Assembly: GCA_964304625.1 (NCBI GenBank)
Contig: OZ199839.1
Coordinates: forward strand, 3,212,524-3,276,523
Direction: 5' to 3'
Length of the DNA stretch: 64,000 nt
DNA from: Kudoa neothunni
Taxonomy: Eukaryota; Animalia; Cnidaria
Under the pieces are notes generated by a model. The model did not search any database. It saw only the letters and a list, made by a program, of their open reading frames with translations, and was not told where the DNA came from. Positions 13,769-27,300 of this stretch are shown here, piece by piece. Within the stretch, counting starts at the first letter, position 1, and every line of letters begins with the position of its first letter. The translations under genes and the position numbers were made by a program.

Positions 13769-14961
13769 TTAATGTCAGAAGGACAGCTTTCCATCTTATG
13801 TGTATAATATGAGGTACTATACCTAGGTTTGAAACGAGAGAAATTGTATAATTCCTAGTCGCTGAATTCATTTTCTTTTTTATTACTTTCAAGTTAAATA
13901 CAGAAAGAAAAAGGTCAGCAAATGTAAGTAACGTATAAATATTACGAATTCCTCATAAAATAAAGTCCAACACACCCATGATAATTAACGAGACACAATA
14001 ACTCTAAATTTTCTCAGTTTTTTCTACGTTTTTAAATTATAAAATGTTTTTATCGCCATTCAAAATTTCTTTTTAATAAAAAAGTTATTATTCAACCGAA
14101 ACGCCCTAAAAATAAACTTTTCGAGTTCTACACAAATACATCTAGTTTATATGCTCAACTTTTATAAACCTTTAAATTAGACCTATGGATGTGTTGATAG
14201 ATTTTCTAGTTTAAAAATTTTTCTTAGTAAAATTTAAATTTTAAGTGCTTTATGTAATTACCGGAGAAGTTATTAAAAAAATGATAATAACCATATCAAA
14301 TATTCTTAATTTCAAACATTTATTACAATATTGAAACGTGATAAAAATATATTTGTTTTCTAAGATTTTTATTTTGAGTTATTGTTTGTTAATTAAAATG
14401 CATCCAAAGGCGATATAAACAAATTCATATTATGCATGCATACGCCAAAATACGTGAGAGTGGTTAAATAATTAATTTCACGCATTTTCATCCCGGCCTT
14501 GAAGGAATTAATTAAAGAGGTTACCTATTGTATTCCAAAAATGATATTAATTTTACTTCCCCTGATCAAAATTATCAATAATACTCGTTTACAAAAATTC
14601 GAATTGTTTCCTTCTGAGTTAATTGACTATATATTTTTAATGGCTTGAAAGGAGGTTTTAATGTATAAGATTCTGAATTTTCGGCGAAGTTGCGCAATTC
14701 TTGCTAAATTTTAATATAATCATGTGAAATATTCTTTTTTAATATTGCAATTAATAAACGGAATATTAAAAATTTTCACCTTATTCAGGAAGAATTATCA
14801 GTTGTTTTAATATTATTTCATATATTGTTGATTTAGAAATTGCAAAAATAATATCTTCTTGTATTAAAATTTAAAACTCTATTATGAATTGTTTTTACGT
14901 ATAAAACTTATTATTTTTATATTTAAAAACAAAATCTATTCCAACTTTTAAGTTATATTCA

Positions 14962-16246
14962 GGAAAATAATGTCGAACTAAAGTTAGCAGTATCTATATG
15001 AAGAATTTTTACTATTCATTCTTACATCCATGAATTAATTTTGATTACAAAAATAAATTATTGGGATAATTATGACACAGATTCTAAATGTAAGAGTTTA
15101 ATTTGAAAAATTAACACTAATTATGAGCGTGAATAAACAAAATTGATAGAAAAATTAATGAATATATATTTATAGGAATAATAAAAGAGTATAAAATTAT
15201 TTTGTCAATATCTTCTAATTATTCATTGGTGCGACTGACATATGTGGATTTGGAACTAATAAATTATGTTCATAGAAACGTTCTCAAAATTAAATAATCA
15301 TAAGTTGGCATACTTCTACAATCAAAATAGAATCATCATAAATTCAAACAAAGAGTGTATATACACCGTGCCAGACTCCAATATTCAATTGCCTGGGACT
15401 TTGAAAAATACATTAGGCGTTAATACAATCAATCAGCCTTATGTATTAAATGAAGATGTAAACAAAGATTCTTGTCCCTCACCAGAAATAACTCATTTAC
15501 CTAATGCCGATATTACGATTTCTCTGGAGATTGGAAACAATAATTACAACTTTCAAATGAAAAGTATGATATATTTATATGCTTTTATTTTTTATTTTAT
15601 TATTTTAGCTCACAGAAATATTATTCTTGAATTTTTCAATGCAAACATTATAAAAGAGACAATATATTTTGATGGAGTTATAAACAAACAGATAAATTAT
15701 AAACAATGGTTTAGCTGTCCAGTGGATACTATTTATTATGAAAATGGCGACAAAAAAATAAAACATGCAGTTTTCAATCTTGAAATCACGTGTGAAAATA
15801 ATTCTTGTACCGCAATCCCCAAAAAAATTACCAAAACCAAAATACATGGATACCAATTTTCATTTGATTTTCTAAATCGCCATATAAAATTAAACAAGGG
15901 TAATTTTAATATATTAATAATAACATGTTTTAGCATTTTCACTATTTTAGTTCCAACGATAATTGACGTTGATATATTTCCCACAAAAATAATTAACCAT
16001 CGTCAAATTGTGTACAGTATCAGTCAGCCACATAAAATGATAATTTTAAATGAATTATTATACGATTACTCTCAAAAAGAATGTTACAAGAGCAAAAATA
16101 AACACATCTTATGCAAAAACAAAAAATGCGTGGATACAATAATCTTCGAATCTGATTGTCAGCATCCAGCCATATTAGTAATACACTCAGAAAAAATGGC
16201 TTTGTTGAAAAAGGAATTAAAAAGTAAGAGTTTATTTTCGCGATAA
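14962..16246 (+). pseudogene. Module-encoding gene segment related to neighbouring ectodomain genes, with in-frame stops in its 5' exons
   Basis: ORF 15266-16246 reads through short introns and contains ITCENNSCTAI and ILCKNKKCVDT. Upstream exon-like blocks (14962-15088, 15176-15295) contain stops. Further decayed exon-like blocks lie at ~17040-18300. Confidence 0.45.
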
Positions 16247-17566
16247 TCCAAATTAATTATATCATTTTGTATTTTTCATTGTTAATTATTACAAGAATAT
16301 TATTTATAAAAAAAAATATTACATACTTACTGAAAATTCATTCTCTAAGTTTGACTACTTAAAATACTGTAATATTATATAACTATTAAGGGAATTATTT
16401 AATTATATCATATAGATTAATGCCCCCGTATGAGGCCTGAAAGAATCAGCTCCAAATAAATATAAAAAAGTTCAAACTTGTTTTGATTTTTTTAAATATT
16501 GACTCCCATTCAAATACTTACTTTTTTAGGTTGAAGTTTTAATTTTTGGATGCCCTTTTAACCATAATTGGCGATCGCAATAAATATATATGATTTCTGA
16601 AAATGATCGGGCGTTTCGTCAATCAACAAAATACTCTTTTTTGATATATTCACCAAAAATAATAATGAGCAGTAAATTTGTGGAATTTAATAACAAATTA
16701 TATAGTTATATTTTTTCAAAACTGAATATAGATTTTTATTTTTCTTAATATTTTTATTTTAACTTATTTTAATTATGTAATTGTTTGTTATATTATACAT
16801 TAAATGGAAAAATACTTTATTATTATATTAACAAAATAATAGAATTAATAAACAAGATTCCATTTAAAGGTTCTTTGTAATATGAGCCATTTAATTTTAT
16901 AATTATTTATTTTATTAAAATTTCAGGTGATAGAATTAATAAATCTATTTTACTTTACTCATTTTAACAAAATGAATAAATTTAAAATATATGCCGATTA
17001 AAAAAAATATTCCAAGTTTTCAGTAAATTTAATTATTATCGGGGTTTTATCCAATATCAACATTAGGCGTGATATTAATGTTGGTTATTGAATGAGGGTA
17101 CGGGAATAAATATTTAAAACAAGCGTAAGCACAGATCAAGGATAATAATTCAGACAAGCCAACAACATATTTTCTATTGATGAGATGAATTTCGAATTCT
17201 TCATTCGATAGTTAGAAAAGATGCATAATTTGAGGAGATGTTAAAAAAAGTAACGTTTTCGAAGATGTCAAGATTAAAAGTAGAGTATAAAATGTAGGGA
17301 TTCCTAATTGTTGATTTTATTAGCGAAGTTCTACGTTTATCTATTTGTTTATTTTGTTGGATTATATCGGAATAGGCCCATTAATAATCAATCGCAGAAA
17401 ATGACTCGAATTTTAGGTTTGCATTGAAAAGTTGCTTGATTCGGAAATTATCCAAAAAGCATTTCTATTAGATGCTCCAAGTAAATTAAGTGATGCAACT
17501 AAGTACAGGTGCGTTTCACCTCACCGAAAAATCTTCAAATCATGTCTTGTCCATTTCGTTGTTTAA

Positions 17567-17928
17567 TCCTCTCGATCCCAATGTATACTTAAATATATAT
17601 GATTGAATTTTGAATCCCCAGGACGTTTTGCTTCTGGAATTCCAACTAAACTAGTTTTAAATATTTTAATTACTGTTATCTTTTTTTATTTTAATTTTAA
17701 TAATTTTGAATGAGTTAAATAGGAAAATATTAATCAAATGGTTCTAAATCGTGTCGGGTCTTAAGATAGGAGAATTAATCTTGCATTTGTGTAAAATTTT
17801 TCTAATGCACGCTCATGAAAAAAAAACTTTTTATAATACTATTTAATTAAAAATATGTATGTGATTAATTAAAACGAAATATCCATGCAAACTTGCTTAT
17901 ATATTTAAATATATATTGGGGCCGAGTG
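17567..17928. mobile_element. MITE with ~30-bp TIRs (piggyBac-like, TTAA at left)
   Basis: CCTCTCGATCCCAATGTATACTTAAATATATA vs TATATATTTAAATATATATTGGGGCCGAGTG. Confidence 0.55.
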
Positions 17929-18524
17929 TAATAGATTTGGTCACATCCTAAGGGATCACGACGTTCAACCTGAAAATCTAAATCAGGCTCTACATCATAA
18001 GAAGTCATTTATTTATCAGAGGTGAATATTTTTAATCATATCACAATCTCACAAGATGGTTATACCACAAAGTTAATTGACAACAACGACGATCCCAGAT
18101 AATAGGAATACATTTCTGATTATAAATAGTGCCCCTTTTTGAGATAAAGGTATCGAACTTACAACACTCTATTTCAAGAGATTTTTTAGCACTTCATTGC
18201 TTAATCTGATTCTCTGAAGGATTAATACTCACTCTGTTTTTTACATCGGGTATGAAGGAACCTATGTAATAGAGATAGAAAAATACATGGATATTGTTAA
18301 ATTAACCCCCCAAGTCAGCCCTAGCCAACCAAAACTTCATTCGCACTCCCTTTTTAATGATAGAACGAAATCCACGCCCCCTCTGTAATCGATAAGGTGT
18401 ATCTGGCTCAAAATTTCTCAAAAATTACTTTCTAATGTTGTCAAACCTCGTACCTGACAAACCCATAGTTCGTAATCCCTAGGGATGCAGGAACCACTGT
18501 TCTAAGTCACATGAAAATTTACAA

Positions 18525-21064
18525 CTTCCAAGTAAAATTAAGGTGTAAATTCACCCAATTTTTTCAACCAAATTATTTGAAACTAATAGGTAACTATTTC
18601 AGTATAATGAAAAAATTTTGGTCGAGTAATTTTTGAGGAATTGACGAGAAAACATTGTTGAACATACATACACATGCGTGGGTTGCTTGGATATTCTGGC
18701 GGTCAGATAAATTTACGTGAATCAATTAATGTTCAAACTTATATGTATATGTGTACAAAAAATGGTTAATAATTTGGAAATTTAAATACTCACAAAAATA
18801 AACCAAATAAACAGGCTAATATGCGTATTATTTATTACAACAGTTAAGACATAATTTCGATAATTTTTACGACCAAAATTAGCACAAATTCCACACTTTA
18901 AGGAAGTCTTCTTGTCATTTTTTTCTCACACAGTCGGAATCTACCTTGAACGTTCGTTTCCCGTTCTGCGATAGAACTAATATCTAATGTAGGATTGAAT
19001 AACTTGACTTTTTCTCAATTTTTTTTGTTTACAAGGTAAAACCCCCGGCCCAACTTATTAGGTTGTGGAATTCTGGTTGGCCAGACCTCTTCCATTAACG
19101 CTTTAGGCACCGCAGGATATAATATGAAACCCCGTCGCTCATCTTTATGCGGTAGTGTGGGACTTTAACCCGCTAAACATCCTCGTCTCAGGGCGGCCAC
19201 CACCCCAAATCCTATCCCTTTAAAGAAGTTGGCTCTGTGAGGGCTGCAAATCACTTTGCCTTTCGATGGGTTCCGGAGATTCAAACTCCTATTCACGCTC
19301 ACCCCATTCCACATCGAGCGTACACTTTAACCACAGCTCCCAAACATGGGATAGAGACCCACCGACCGACACGGAAGCATAATCTGATCAACGGCGGATT
19401 TAAACCCATTATCTCAAGGTTTTGAGTCCGAATGTCACACCGATATGCTATGTGTCCTCGGCAATACTTTTTCCCAATGACAATGGACATGTCATTTGCT
19501 CAGCCGACGTTTTCGAGAAATCTCTCCATCTAAGATTTACACCGATAACCTTGCGTTGGTGTCAACTCCCCATTTTATCGTATTATACCGCAAGAAGATG
19601 TTGGGTCGAAAAAACGCTTCAGCTGCAGTATGAGTGTTACTTGAAGATGAACAAGGCATATATACAGGTTTGTTCTTCCTCGGTAAACACCTTAAAATCA
19701 TCTTTTTGCTATTAAATACCAAAAGAGATGAATATAAGGTTCGTCTTCTTGAGGTCGTAGATAGAATGGAATATCACGTTTGTTTTCACGCATGGTTCCA
19801 ATAATAATTGTAAGCTTTCTACTTAACGATTCATCAACTAACTCACTTGACGTAAAAAAATTGTAACAAAAAACGTTCCGCCCAGAGTTTATGAATGATT
19901 CTGTAAACGGCAAAACAATGTTTTTCCCAACATTAACAGTTTTTGTGTCATTCTGAGACTGCTTATCCAAATAGATGGACAAATTGCAAACATATATTGG
20001 TCTAGGATCAACCAATAAAAACCATAATCCCATACTTGGTGGGCTTCATTGGCATGTACCGCTTGAATTCGCAACGATCTCTAAATGCAACAAATTGCTC
20101 ATCTAAGCACAGATCTTAATATGGTTAAAATCTACGATTAAGTAAATCAACCCAAATGTTTCAAAGATCGCGGAAATAACAAAATTTGTCATTAACTTCT
20201 CTCAAATCCTTGGTTTCTGAGTTTTCAATGTGAAATGCCTGTATAATTTGTCGAAATTTTGTTAACGAAAAGATATCACGGTATATTTTTCGGTCTTCTT
20301 CAGATTTAAATAATTCTTTAACAGGTTCTTGATTGTTTCTATGTATGCTCATTAAAATTAAGCATCCGATTGGGTCATTAATTTTAGTTTCTTCTAATTT
20401 TGTCGAAGCATGACCAAAAAGTTTTTCTCCGTATTGATTTGTAAATTTGGAAATCAATTTGTGCATATCTTGATTATATAACACCTTGAAAATATCATCC
20501 GCTTCTATGCCATTTTGAGATATGTAAGGAGAAATTCCTCGGCGATTATTTATTATATTTTCAACTGCCCCCAGCACTCTATTTTTATCAATTAATGAGT
20601 CTAATGGCACATTAGTGGTATAATCTTCATTATTTGATGATGGTATATCATCAAATAAGAAATCATCAATAGAAGAATCAGTATCAGAACAACTACCTCA
20701 GCAGTCAGAAGAACTTATTACGTTTTGCGCGTGCGCGTTGAATTAATTGAATAAATTTTGTCAATATGAGGGTTATTTAACGATTAGAACTATCTAAAAA
20801 ATTCCAGTTATGTTACTTACTTTATTAATAACAATTTTAGCAAATAAACCTTAGGGTGTATAATCACCCAAATTTTACTCGGAGGCTGTTTTAGCATTAT
20901 CTTAGGTCATAATAAAAAAAAATTTTATTTTATTTTCGCTTATTGTGTACTATATACATATGGAGAATTAGCAGACACATGAATTATATTTGTTGCATTT
21001 ATAATGAGAACAATTACCATCAATAATCGTTCGGGAAGGAAATACACCCCATTTTACTTGGAGG
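18525..21064 (-). mobile_element. Decayed piggyBac transposon with fragmented transposase
   Basis: Minus-strand fragments IGCLILMS..FRQII (20161-20610), MPMKPTKYGIMV, GRNVFCYNFFTS..LTIIIGTMRENKRDIP and YNTIKWGVD match piggyBac transposase motifs. Terminal repeats CTTCCAAGTAAAATTAAGGTGTA (18525) / TACACCCCATTTTACTTGGAGG (21064), with a subterminal copy at ~20855-20885. A related end occurs at ~1153-1178. Confidence 0.9.
19019..19464 (-). mobile_element. tRNA-derived SINE, family A, copy 2 (nested in piggyBac)
   Basis: Homologous to copy 1 but lacking a ~45-bp internal segment. 13-bp TSD ACTTTTTCTCAAT / ACTTTTTCCCAAT. Confidence 0.9.
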
Positions 21065-21393
21065 CTAATGGATGAGGATTGTACGAATGCCGAGGGTTCC
21101 GTATTATTGGAAAAACCATTTAAATGTTAGAACTTTAGTTATTTGTTGTTCTGTTAGAACATTTTATTTTAATGAATCTAATAAACTAAGGTATTCACGA
21201 TATAATAAATCCTATTTTTCATTAAATGTTGCCACGTTTGATAGGAAATAATTCTTTTAATCTATTATCAATCAAAGTATAAAATTGGCGATAAATTGTT
21301 TGTATATTGGATGCTATTTTTAAAAAGAATAATTTAGAGGAATATTCCATAATTTTTATGAATTTTGGGATTGATCTTATGGTTTTCATTTAG

Positions 21394-24300
21394 TTAAAGA
21401 GGATCCAGTAATCCTGTTTGAGGAAAGAGATATACATAAGCAAGGTCAATACACGGTTGTGTTAAAAATGCAAGCTGATGAAACTAACAAAGAATTCCTC
21501 AAATCAAATATTCTAATACGGGGACAGAATATTGTTGACGACTGTTATATTATAGACAATCCTATATACAATGACTTTTTACGTTTTTGGATAAAATCCG
21601 ATTGTTTGGTCGAAGAAACTTCAATAATAGAATATTCAATCGGAAATGGAATTTATTCGAAAATAAAAAAAAAACGTATATAATATTTATAATATATTTA
21701 CTATATTAATTAAATTTTATTTAGGATACCATAACGCTTACGGACGAGTAGAAGTTGATGGCAACAATATCAAATTCTATATCATACTCTCCAGTTATCT
21801 CGATTCTATCCGATTAAAAAATATTATAGCGTATAATTTATTTTTGAAGCAGACGATATTAAACATTAATGAAGGAGGTTTTATCATATGTAGAAGTTTA
21901 GTGTGTAAGTACAATTATCGAGCAACTGGCCTCGAAACATCACTTGAACATACTTTAATAAGAATATCTTCAGATGAACTAAAAGATATAGAAATATATC
22001 ACCGAACAAGTAAATGAGTTATTATAATTACAATTTTACCATTTATTTAGATTTTAACGAAGCATTTTATTACCAAAATGCTAAATTTATGGATGATCAT
22101 GGTATAAAACTGTATTTGGATGGCTACACGGTTCTACCAGATTCGCATATAATCTTAAACAATGATTCCAGTATAATTGTTCCTTACCAGATTCCTGTCA
22201 AATTTATTGATCAAAAGTTTTATTGTGTGGTTAATCATGATGCGACTGGAAGTGGAAAAAGCTTTACATTTCCAAAATCGACTATAACGAAACCTCTAAT
22301 AACGAATGAAAGTATTTTTATATTATAACACAATATTATACGCGATTTTAAAAATGTTACACAATTAAAAAAATATATCAATTTTTTCTACTTCATTGAT
22401 TTTTAACTATAACTACAAATTTTTTTATTATTTATAGAGAGGTATAGCTATGAATTGGAATATTTTTGGCTCAACCAAAAACTAAGTATTCTGTTGAAAA
22501 TAGCTTCCAAAAAAGAAATACCCACGTTAGATATCAAATATTCAATTTATGCGAATAATGAAATTCCAATTGAACCATATGTCAATCAAATCACTGTTAC
22601 GCCTGGAAATAGTGAATACACCTTTAAGATTGAAGGTCTCGATACTCGGGTTAATTACTTGATAGAGTTGTCCTCTCCCCAACTTGAAGATTCTGATCCA
22701 TACATTATAAAAAATGGTACAAAAAATACCTCCTGATATAAACACCAATTTGTAAATCTTCATTAAATTAATATATATTTTAGAAGCGTGTGACTTTGAA
22801 GTTACAACGCAACGTGAATCAAATGATGAAATTTTAATAGCAATAAGGAAAAAATCAAATTCTGGAAATTTAGAAATTTCCTATAGACTTTTTGAATCAG
22901 ACTCTGATAATAAAGAAGCTCTTAATGAACAAAATAAGCAGATAACCTGCACTGAACACATATGCAGTTTCAAAACACGTCCTATAACTCCCGCCAAAAA
23001 TCACAATATCGTTCTAAAAATTCCGCCATGCAATGATGATTTTAATTTAGTCATTCAAAAAGGTATTATAGAATGTGTTTTCCAAAAAAAACATTTAACC
23101 TATTATTAGTCAAAAGTGATTATGTTTTCTATTACAGTTATAGAAAAGATGGCGACTTAAGGGTCACACTTGTTATAGAATTAAGACTAAACCTGCCATA
23201 TGAAATTATTATGGTTAACTGGAGTCTTAAGAAAAGTGAAGATTCACCAATAATAAAAAATTCAATAAAAGATCTACAAATATCGAAAGAATATGGGTAT
23301 TTTAAATTTGAAATACAAGGGGTAGAACGTAATAACCCATATTATATCGATATTACGTCTGAAGATCTCGTGGAAAAAACCAACCAAGTATACATCCCAA
23401 CATGTAAAATTTTTTAAAACTAAATGTTAATATTATAACCGACCACTTGAAATATTTAGTAAAAACCGATTATGAACAAAGAGTGGAATGGGTTAATACT
23501 CAAATATCAATTATTTTGAGTTTTGAGGAATCTGTTGGAGCTTGTAGCGCGGAAGTTGAATGCATAACATTAGAAAAAATAGAAGAACAATTTATTGAAA
23601 CAAATACTCAATTGTTTCACGTTGATTTCAAGTGTGTTGAAACTGTTTGCAAAATTATGTTAGATGGAATAGACAGAAATGCTTATCACAGAATTAAAAT
23701 GGATTCTAATATATTAAAAGATAAAGGACCAGTTTTAATTGGCAAAGGTATTTACTCTAATTACATAAAAATTAAAATATATGCTATAGGTATAAGTATA
23801 TTCCAAATCGAATATGAATACGATAAAGATAATGCCATTATTATCAATTATACATTAGAAGAAGATTTTGATGAAATTTTGTTGAAATGGGATTTACATG
23901 ATACTCAAGGCAACCAGGTGAAGAGTTCGAACGAAGCATTAGAACAGATATCGTGTAAAGAGAAATTATGCCAAATGACAACGTTGAGACAACTGGATCA
24001 CTCTAAAGCTTATCAATTTACGTTCGAGTCTGCTCAGTTAAGTGGTAAGAATGTGTTGACAATAGAAAGTAATTACCTTATGTCTATTCAATGAGTATAC
24101 CCTCTGAAATTAATTTCATCCTTTCTAAGATCGGAAATTTTATGTTACTTTCCTGATGGGTGAATATTTCTGGTTTAAATATATTTATTATTAAAAATTA
24201 TAAACGACGTAAAAAATTTAATCCAACGAGAATTTTTATTATTCTGTCAATTATATCCTTATTAATACCTTGTTAATTTGTATAATTTTTCAAAACATTA

Positions 24301-27300
24301 AAAATTGAGAAATATTTTTAAAACAAATTTTAACGATGATCCATTTTAGAATATTATGTAAATTCGTCTTTTACTAATACAGTCTCTCTACGTACAGCAA
24401 ATATTTTTATTATTTATATACCACAAAACAGGGGCGCACAAATTCCGGCCTCAATGAGGTTTTTAGTGGTCCGCGATCAACTCTAATTAAGTTCAAATTA
24501 ATGGTATACGTGTCCTGTTCAAAAAGTATCGAGATTTTTTAAATATACAAAAAATATCCATAATCATAATCAACACACCTTTTTGACGATTTTTCCAATT
24601 TTGGAAACATTAAGAAAAGTCTGTTTTATTTCAGTAATCGATGAAAATCTTCTCCCTTTTAAATAAAAATTTATCTTTGGGGACAAATAAGTCACAGGGC
24701 GCCGAATCTGGAGAGTATGGTGGATTCTGGAGTTGATCAATATCAAAGTTAAATAAAAATCGTTGAATCTTAGTGGATGTATCAGCAGGCGTGTTATCGT
24801 AATGTAGAATCCAATTACCGTTGTTCCACATTTCAGGTCTCTATCGCCGTAATTTTTTTCACGTTTTAAAACATTTTTTCTCTTCAAATGATGAATTTAA
24901 ATGATAAAACTAAACCGTAATCCTTTATCAATAATTCTACTAACAGAAAAATTACGAGGAACTGAAAATAATTTAATAACACCATTTTTCAGCTCTGGCT
25001 TATAAACTCAAACTAGATTGATAATATTCTTTAACTTTTCGTTTGATTTTAACTATTCTAGGTTTAATAAATTAATAAATTACGCGTTGACATATTAATT
25101 TAGAAACGAAAAGTTTTTAAATTAAGTTATTTCAGAGAGTATGCTCAAAATATAATTTCATACGTTCTCTTAAATAATTCATTATAATCTATTATAATGT
25201 TCGAATATATTATCTCAAATTATTAATTCATTTTTCAATCATTTATAGAAAGACATAGCTATGCATTTAAATATTTTTGGAACAACAACATACTGAATGT
25301 TCGGGTGAAAGTATCTTCTGATGGAGAAATACACTCTTTAACCATCAAATACACAATTTATGGAAACAATCAAACTCCAAATGAGCTACAAAGCAGTAAC
25401 ATCAATGTTGAATGTAAAAACAATGAATGCGCCTTCGAGGTGGAAAATCTGGACTTTGAGATAGATCACACGATAAAGTTGTTTTCTATGCGACTTGAAG
25501 ATAACGTTCCACACAGTATAAAGAACGGTAATCAAATAATTTTAAAAAATAAAATCAATATTTGATAATGAAACTAATATATATTTAGCTTGTGAATCTA
25601 AGGTCACACAAACACGTGAATCCAATCATGATGTTACAATAAATATAAAGAAAGATCCAAATGTTGTAGATTTAAGAGCAAGCTATTCAGTTACGGAAGT
25701 AGGATCTGGGGATAAAGAAATTATCGCAGAACAAAATAAACAGATAATCTGCATTGAAAATGAATGTAATTTCAAAACACCCCCTATAACCCCTACCAAA
25801 AACTTTAATATTGTTCTAACATTACCGCCATGCAGTAGAAAGTTTAATTTGGTCGTTTCACAAGGTATTATCGAATTTTTCTTTCAACAAAGAATTTAAT
25901 ATATTTTTAGTCAATAGTGAATATACTCTCACTTACGATTATATAAAAGAAACCGACTCAACAGTTAAAATTGTGGTAGAATTAAAACTAAACATACCAT
26001 ATGAAATTATTAGGACCAATTGGAGTTTAAAAAGCAATGGAGGTTCGGAAACAATAAAGAATTTAGTAGAAACTCTAAAAATAATTAAAGAAAAGAAACT
26101 GTTTATATTTGAAATACAAAATGTAAAGCGTAATAACCGTTATGATATCGAAATTAGGTCCAATGACCTAGTAGAAAAAACCAGCCAAATTGTCATCCCA
26201 CAGTGTAAACATTTTTTAACAAAATGTTAATGGTATTACTGATTATTTTATATATTTAGTAATAAGCAATTATCAAATATCCATGACATGGGTTAATGCT
26301 CAAGTTTCAATCACTTTAGTCTTTGAAGAAGCTGTGGAAAGGTGTAGAACAAAAATTGAGAGCAAAACAGTGGAAAAAACATCAAGAAAAGTTTCTGATA
26401 CTAACGTAGAGTTGTTTGATGTTGAGTTTAATTGTGCCGACAAAGTTTGCAAAACTTCGTTAGAAGGGTTAGACAGATATGTTGATCACAGCATTAAAGT
26501 GGTGTCTGGTCTATTTAAAGATCCAGATCCAGTTCTCGTTGAAGGAGGTATTTATTCGACTGGTTTCAATAATAAAATGAACGTTTTAGACTCGTGCGCA
26601 TTCCAAATCGAATATAAACACAATGAAGATAAGATCACAAGGGTTATTTTTAAATTAGAAGAAGAATTTGATAAAATTTTGTTGAAATGGTATTTACTTG
26701 ATACTCAAGACAAGCAGGTGAAGAGTTCGAACGACATATTTGAACAGATATCGTGTGATAATAAAGTATGCCAAATGGAGACCTTGGGAGAGCTGGACCA
26801 ATTTAAAAATTATAAATTCATGTACGAATCTTTTCAACTAACTGGTGAGAGAATGTTGAAGATAGAAGGTAATAAACTTAAACCACTTCAATAGATGAGT
26901 TAAGAATAACTATTATTTATTATTATCGATTATGAATTCAATTAATAATTGATTTCATCCATCCTTATATCAAAAATATGAATACTCCTTGATTGATACT
27001 TAATTATGGCTGTTATTATATGTATTACTAACTTCACTCACCAACTTGCATTTATATTGTTTTGTCTATTTGGTCTTCATTAATAAATTTTTAATTTTCA
27101 TTAATTTTCAATTCACATAAAACTGAGAAATATTTTAAATTAAATCCATATTCTATTACTAAAATATCTATGTGGACATTAAATATTTTTATTAAATATG
27201 TTTTCTAAGTGGAATGACGATGATGTTTGTACGTAATTTTGTTGATGGTCCCAGGGGTTTACGTATTATCTATCGGTCACTTACTGTATTTTATCTTATT

